This document shows positions 59,148 to 64,000 of a DNA stretch of 64,000 bases, piece after piece. The notes under the pieces are model-generated. The model was not told where the DNA came from. It ran no database searches and saw only the letters and a list, made by a program, of their open reading frames with translations. Source of the DNA: Sedimentisphaerales bacterium (GTDB taxonomy: Bacteria; Planctomycetota; Phycisphaerae; Sedimentisphaerales; SM23-30); NCBI GenBank assembly GCA_963663965.2, contig CAXXFK010000041.1:43723-107722 (forward strand), written 5' to 3'. Both the position numbers and the translations under genes were made by a program. Numbering within the stretch: the stretch's first letter is position 1; each line of letters opens with the position of its first letter.

Positions 59148-60320
59148 TTATTTGTTTTCGTTGAAATCACGAATGACGCGCATAAAGGCTTCATAAAGAA
59201 TGCGCGATTGCCAGGGTAATAAAGTTGGGGCACATTCATGCATGGATTCCAGGTTGTCAGGACAGGCTCCGGCGATTCGTCCTAACACGGCGCGCGGGGC
59301 AATGATCGATGGGTCAATATCATAGGGCCGGGCCTGATGGGCTGTTTCCCGACGTAATAATTCAAACAATTCAGTCGGGTAATCAGGCCGGTAGTCGCCG
59401 GGGATCCGGTCGGGCCATTGTTCTGAAGGCATCCCCAGAGCGCGGAGTAATGCGTTATGCAGGCGAGCCACACGATCAGGCAGGAAATTTTTTGGGATTT
59501 TGATCAGGGTGGCAAGTTTGTCCGGATCCGCTTTTTGATGACGAAGCGCCCTGACAATACCGATCATTTTATCGTTGGACATGATTTTGAAGGGGGGACG
59601 ATCCGTCATACCGGCTTCGGTTTCGCGCCACCACCATAATTCGCGTAAGATAGCCATCTGGTGACGGTCAAGCTCACGCGCCCCTTTGATCCGCCAGATG
59701 CGGTTGCAGTTGATGGGGGGGCCAATATCTTCAATTACCGTGAGCAGGCGTTCCACCGTCTGGTCATGCCAGTGAAGCCGGTCTTTTTCACGCAGCTGGA
59801 TTTCAAGCTGATCGGCGATCAATTCGAGATACCGCGTATCATTGCTGGCATAAAGGAGTTGTTTTTCCGTAAGAGGCCGCTTGGTCCAGTTGGATTTCTG
59901 GCTGCTTTTACTGACCCGGATACCAGTAAAATGTTCAATCAAGTCGAGCAAACTGAACCGTTTATAACCCAGTAATTTTGCGGCCAGCATGGTGTCGAAA
60001 ATCCGGCCCCGGGCATGAAAACCGTACGATTGCTTCAGCATGCGCAAGTCGTAATCACCGCAATGAAAGATCAGATCTTTACGGGAGATGAGGTCTAACA
60101 AATCAGTTAAATCGCAGCCGGCCAGCGGGTCGACGATGAAATTTGCCTTGCCGGCAGAGATCTGGATCAGGCAGACTTTTTCATAATAGTGGTATAGACT
60201 GTTGGCTTCGATATCCAGCGCAATTCGCCGGGCTGATTGCAGTTTTTTGACCAGTCGTTTCAGTCCGGACTGGGTATCGATATATTCGTAATGGTCGCTT
60301 GTCTGTATGTTTTGGGTCAT
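59148..60320 (-). CDS. rnd: Ribonuclease D (DEDDy exonuclease + HRDC)
   Basis: IALDIEANS..Y..CLIQIS, FDTMLAA, SNWTKRPL..YASND and HRDC (WRETEA..DRPPFKI). Confidence 0.88.
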   Translation of the reverse strand: MTQNIQTSDHYEYIDTQSGLKRLVKKLQSARRIALDIEANSLYHYYEKVCLIQISAGKANFIVDPLAGCDLTDLLDLISRKDLIFHCGDYDLRMLKQSYGFHARGRIFDTMLAAKLLGYKRFSLLDLIEHFTGIRVSKSSQKSNWTKRPLTEKQLLYASNDTRYLELIADQLEIQLREKDRLHWHDQTVERLLTVIEDIGPPINCNRIWRIKGARELDRHQMAILRELWWWRETEAGMTDRPPFKIMSNDKMIGIVRALRHQKADPDKLATLIKIPKNFLPDRVARLHNALLRALGMPSEQWPDRIPGDYRPDYPTELFELLRRETAHQARPYDIDPSIIAPRAVLGRIAGACPDNLESMHECAPTLLPWQSRILYEAFMRVIRDFNENK

Positions 60321-60342
60321 TTTCTTGGCAAAGGGATATTAT

Positions 60343-60921
60343 CTATCCAACCGTGCGGGCCAGGCGTTCCTCCACCAGGTCGCAAATCATGTGATAGGCG
60401 ATTTGATGGATTTCCTGGGCCGGGCCGGCGGAAGGGGCGTCAATCCATAAACACAGATCCGAATTCTGTTGCAAAGGAGTATTGGCTTTACCCGTAAAGC
60501 CGATAATCGTGGCATTTTGCGAGCGGGCCTGGCGGGCCGCTTCGAGTATGTTGGAAGAGGCGCCGCTGGTGGAGAGACAAAGCAGAATATCATTGGGGCG
60601 AACCAGGGCTTCGACCTGGCGGGAGAACAGTTTTTCGAAGGTATAGTCGTTGGCGACGCTGGTGAGAATGGACGTATCGGTGGTCAGGGCGACGGCGGGA
60701 TAGCCTTTGCGATGTCGCAGGTAGCGGCCAACCAGTTCACCGGAGATATGCTGGGCATCGGCGGCAGAGCCACCATTGCCACAAATATAGACGCACCCGC
60801 CATTTTCGATTGACTGGCAGATGCAATCAGCGATATCGATCACGGTTTGCAACTGGGTGGTTTCGAATTCATCTACCAGGCGGCGATGAAGCTGGAGATT
60901 ATTTTTTAGTTGATCTATCAT
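60343..60921 (-). CDS. gmhA: Phosphoheptose (sedoheptulose-7-phosphate) isomerase
   Basis: CGNGGSAADAQH, ALTTD..ANDY, FSRQVEAL, STSG and QEIH..H..CD motifs. Confidence 0.93.
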   Translation of the reverse strand: MIDQLKNNLQLHRRLVDEFETTQLQTVIDIADCICQSIENGGCVYICGNGGSAADAQHISGELVGRYLRHRKGYPAVALTTDTSILTSVANDYTFEKLFSRQVEALVRPNDILLCLSTSGASSNILEAARQARSQNATIIGFTGKANTPLQQNSDLCLWIDAPSAGPAQEIHQIAYHMICDLVEERLARTVG

Positions 60922-60979
60922 GTCTACCTCGTTCGAACCGGATTGGAATGATCAGGATTCGAGACTGTTGGAATTTATA

Positions 60980-62035
60980 TCAGGATTCTTTCATTAATGC
61001 CAATACTTTATCACGATGAGGGGATTCAATCAGGCCCTTTTCAGTAATTATCGCGGTGATGAGTTGATGGGGGGTGACATCGAAGGCCGGATTGTACACG
61101 CCGATATCCGATGGAGCGATTGGACTGCCAAACGGGTTGATGACCTCATTACGGTCACGTTCTTCTATGTCGATGCTGTCTCCGGTTGCGATATTCAAGT
61201 CGAAGGTACTGGAGGGCGCAGCGATATAAAACGGGATCTGATGGGCCCGGGCCAGGACTGCCAGGGAATAGGTGCCAATTTTATTGGCGGTATCGCCATT
61301 GGCGGCAATCCGGTCCGCGCCGACGATAACCAGGTCTATTTGGTTTTGTTTCATCAAATGACCGGCCATATTGTCGCAGATAACCGTGGTATCGATACCG
61401 TTTTGGAGCAATTCCCAGGCGGTCAGGCGTGAACCCTGCAAGAGTGGGCGGGTTTCATCGGCGTAGACTTTGAAAGTGCGGCCAAGTTCGCGGGCGGTAT
61501 ATAATACAGCCAGGGCGGTGCCGTAATCGGCAGTGGCCAGACCGCCGGCGTTGCAGTGAGTGAGAACGGAGCCATTCTGGGGGATCAGGTGTGCGCCATT
61601 GCGTCCAATAGCCCGGCACATCTGTGAGTCTTCCCGATGGATGGCCAGGGCTTCGTTCAGCAAGATTTCTTTGAGTTGCGATACGGTTTTATCGGGGTGT
61701 TGATGGGCTGTTTGTTTCATGCGATCCAGGGCCCAGAACAAATTGACGGCAGTAGGGCGGCTGGTAGCCAGGTAGTTGCAGGCTTCATCAACCGTATTTA
61801 TCAAATCGGTTGTGGTTGCCTCGGAGGGAATTGTTTGAGACGCTAAAACGATACCATACCCGGCGGCTATACCGATAGCCGGTGCGCCCCGTACCTGTAA
61901 AACTTTAATGGCATGCCACATTTCCCGGGGGGTGCGAATCGCAATCCGGAGATATTCAGTGGGCAAGCGGGTCTGATCTATCAGGTCAGCATAGCCATCG
62001 ATACCGCCGATCCATTTGAGGGTTTCAACTGCCAT
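60980..62035 (-). CDS. mtnA: S-methyl-5-thioribose-1-phosphate isomerase
   Basis: DQTRLP, VRGAPAIG, SRPTAVNL, LTHCNAGGLAT, DETRPLLQGSRLT, GADRIAANGDTANKIGT and NPAFDVTP motifs. Confidence 0.95.
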   Translation of the reverse strand: MAVETLKWIGGIDGYADLIDQTRLPTEYLRIAIRTPREMWHAIKVLQVRGAPAIGIAAGYGIVLASQTIPSEATTTDLINTVDEACNYLATSRPTAVNLFWALDRMKQTAHQHPDKTVSQLKEILLNEALAIHREDSQMCRAIGRNGAHLIPQNGSVLTHCNAGGLATADYGTALAVLYTARELGRTFKVYADETRPLLQGSRLTAWELLQNGIDTTVICDNMAGHLMKQNQIDLVIVGADRIAANGDTANKIGTYSLAVLARAHQIPFYIAAPSSTFDLNIATGDSIDIEERDRNEVINPFGSPIAPSDIGVYNPAFDVTPHQLITAIITEKGLIESPHRDKVLALMKES

Positions 62036-62543
62036 AGAGTTCCTGTTGCAACTTATCATTTTTCTGATTGACGCCTTCGGCCATTTTCTTTTTATAATCA
62101 GCCATCAAGACTTGCAGTTTTGTGTCTTTAATCGCCATGATCTGAACAGCCAGGAGTGCGGCATTGATGGCGCCGGGTTTGCCGATTCCCACGGTGGCAA
62201 CGGGGATACCGGGGGGCATCTGAACGGTACTGAGCAGGCTGTCAACCCCTTGCAGGGCGCCACTGGCCATAGGCACTCCGATGACCGGTAACGTCGTGTG
62301 GGCGGCGATAACCCCGGCCAGGTGGGCGGCCATACCCGCGGCAGCAATCATCACTTCGATACCCTTATCCATGGCCGATTCTGCGAACCTGGCGGTTTGA
62401 TCCGGGGTACGATGGGCGCTGCTGATTTTGACGACAGATTGAATTTCAAACTGGTTGAGGGTGTCGACACAGGACTTCATAACAGTCCAGTCGCTATCGC
62501 TGCCCATAATGACGGCGACTCTGGCCTGATTCGGTTGGGTCAT
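62025..62543 (-). CDS. purE: N5-carboxyaminoimidazole ribonucleotide mutase
   Basis: MGSDSD, SAHRTP, AAGMAAHLAG, PVIGVP and VQMPPGIPVATV motifs. AGGAG RBS 8 nt before the ATG at 62543. Confidence 0.96.
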   Translation of the reverse strand: MTQPNQARVAVIMGSDSDWTVMKSCVDTLNQFEIQSVVKISSAHRTPDQTARFAESAMDKGIEVMIAAAGMAAHLAGVIAAHTTLPVIGVPMASGALQGVDSLLSTVQMPPGIPVATVGIGKPGAINAALLAVQIMAIKDTKLQVLMADYKKKMAEGVNQKNDKLQQELYGS

Positions 62544-62597
62544 AATCATTACTCCTGGAGATTGACCTGAAGAAGGTCATGCAATATAATTCTATAT

Positions 62598-63929
62598 ATG
62601 ACAGATAGTAATGATAAATTTAGCAAAATTCGTGAGAATATCAAGAAATTTCCGACCGGTCCGGGAGTTTACCTGATGAAGGATTCGACGGGAACTGTGC
62701 TTTATATCGGTAAAGCCAATAACTTACGTGACCGGGTAAGCAGCTATTTTCAGCCGTCGGCGGATTTGATGGGGAGCCGGGGACCACGGATTGTCGATAT
62801 GGCGGGCAAAGTGACAGATATTGGTTTTCTGGAATGTGACAGTGAAGTGGACGCGATCTTAAAGGAAGCCCGGCTGATAAAAGATATTCAGCCTTATTAT
62901 AATACCCGGCAGACTGACGATAAGACATTTCCTTATCTGGAAATAACCAAAAGTGATGATTTTCCAGCGGTTTATATCACCCGGAACCCAACCGAAGGGA
63001 GCAAATTGTATGGGCCGTTTACCAGCAATCATGAACTAAGGCGGGTTTTGCAGGTGATCCAGCGGATATTTCAGTTTCGGACGTGTCATCTGGAGCTTTA
63101 TGAAAGCGATGAAAAGAGGCGTTTTAACCGGCCCTGTATTTTGCACAGTATTCATCAGTGTACCGCTCCCTGTGCCGCGCGGATTTCAAAAGAAGAGTAT
63201 GCCCGCCTGATTGAACGATTGAACCGGTTTATGGTATCCAAGCGCTCGGTTGTTATCCGGGGATTGCAGAAGGAGTTGCAGGAATGTGCCAGGGAATTGA
63301 AATTTGAAGAGGCGGCCCGGTTGCGGGATGAAATCAAGGCGATTGAGAGCCTGAATGACCGGGGTGAGGTTGATGAACATGTCCAGCCGGAATTATTTCA
63401 GATCGATCCCAAGGCGGGTCTGGCTGAATTAACGGAGTTGCTGGACACGCGCAAGCCGGTGCGCGTAATCGAAGGGGTGGATATCGCGCATATCATGGGA
63501 GAGTTGTCGGTAGGTTCACTGGTGTGTTTTATCGATGGCCGACCTTTTAAAAACCGGTATCGCCGATTTAAGATCCGGGAAGTCGAGGGGATTGATGATT
63601 TTGCCATGATCCAGGAAGTACTCAGCCGACGGTACCGTCACAATGCCGCGGATTATGATGAGGATCTTTATCCGGATGTGATTATGATCGATGGGGGCCT
63701 TGGACAGTTAAACGCGGCGCGTCACCTGTTTGAACAAATGGATGTTAAACCACCGATGGTGGTCTCACTGGCGAAAAAGGAGGAATTGATTTTTGTACAG
63801 GGTCAGTCTAAGCCATTGAAATTGTCGCGCCATAACACGGCATTACGTTTGTTACAGTATGTTCGCGATGAAGCCCATCGGTTTGCCCAGCATTATTTTC
63901 ATATTCTGCAACGCAAGAACATTTTATAG
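62598..63929 (+). CDS. uvrC: Excinuclease ABC subunit C (short form)
   Basis: GIY-YIG (PGVYLM..LYIGKA..LRDRVSSYF), UVR motif (FEEAARLRD) and RNase H-like domain (IEGVDI, DDFAMI, IDGGLGQL, RDEAHRFA). Confidence 0.92.
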   Translation: MTDSNDKFSKIRENIKKFPTGPGVYLMKDSTGTVLYIGKANNLRDRVSSYFQPSADLMGSRGPRIVDMAGKVTDIGFLECDSEVDAILKEARLIKDIQPYYNTRQTDDKTFPYLEITKSDDFPAVYITRNPTEGSKLYGPFTSNHELRRVLQVIQRIFQFRTCHLELYESDEKRRFNRPCILHSIHQCTAPCAARISKEEYARLIERLNRFMVSKRSVVIRGLQKELQECARELKFEEAARLRDEIKAIESLNDRGEVDEHVQPELFQIDPKAGLAELTELLDTRKPVRVIEGVDIAHIMGELSVGSLVCFIDGRPFKNRYRRFKIREVEGIDDFAMIQEVLSRRYRHNAADYDEDLYPDVIMIDGGLGQLNAARHLFEQMDVKPPMVVSLAKKEELIFVQGQSKPLKLSRHNTALRLLQYVRDEAHRFAQHYFHILQRKNIL

Positions 63930-64000
63930 GCTTCTGCCCTTGCGAGTCACTAATCCGCCGGGATGGGTTTGTTTTCATTGGGCCAGACGACCAGCAGGAT

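Overview
64-kb bacterial chromosomal segment. It probably comes from an anaerobic planctomycete (Phycisphaerae/Sedimentisphaerales-like). This is an inference from the secreted proteins ending in dockerin-like 'D-x-N-x-D...V-N-x-x-D...WL' tails, the ECF sigma factor with a long C-terminal extension, the HEAT/DUF1080 fusion and the short UvrC. From left to right: (1) the end of an [FeFe]-hydrogenase operon (catalytic hydrogenase, PAS-containing sensory hydrogenase, SpoIIE-type phosphatase); (2) a DUF4091 glycoside hydrolase; (3) an accessory region (about 7-15.3 kb) with a HAF/GLUG surface protein, dense nested mini-palindromes, 9-nt triplet repeats in a tandem duplication, and a HEPN-like gene; (4) a LamG/Ig secreted protein; (5) icd and an LPS lipid A/inner-core operon (lpxK, DHS-like unknown, hldE, extended gmhB, waaF-kinase fusion, GT4); (6) a three-gene secreted module (phage-tail-fibre-like protein, astacin protease, small dockerin-tailed protein); (7) an ECF sigma/beta-helix pair, a GH97-CE15 fusion, U32, PLD, hcp-rrf2, GT2/GT-C and a Gfo + HEAT-F5/8-DUF1080 operon; (8) a complete ISL3 with an 8-bp target-site duplication; (9) housekeeping genes (photolyase, mutY, rnd, gmhA, mtnA, purE, uvrC). 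Six genes are broken by eight small indels, almost all extra bases in homopolymers, which points to sequencing or assembly error. No rRNA, tRNA or CRISPR array was recognised. All protein family calls come from motif recognition, not database searches.
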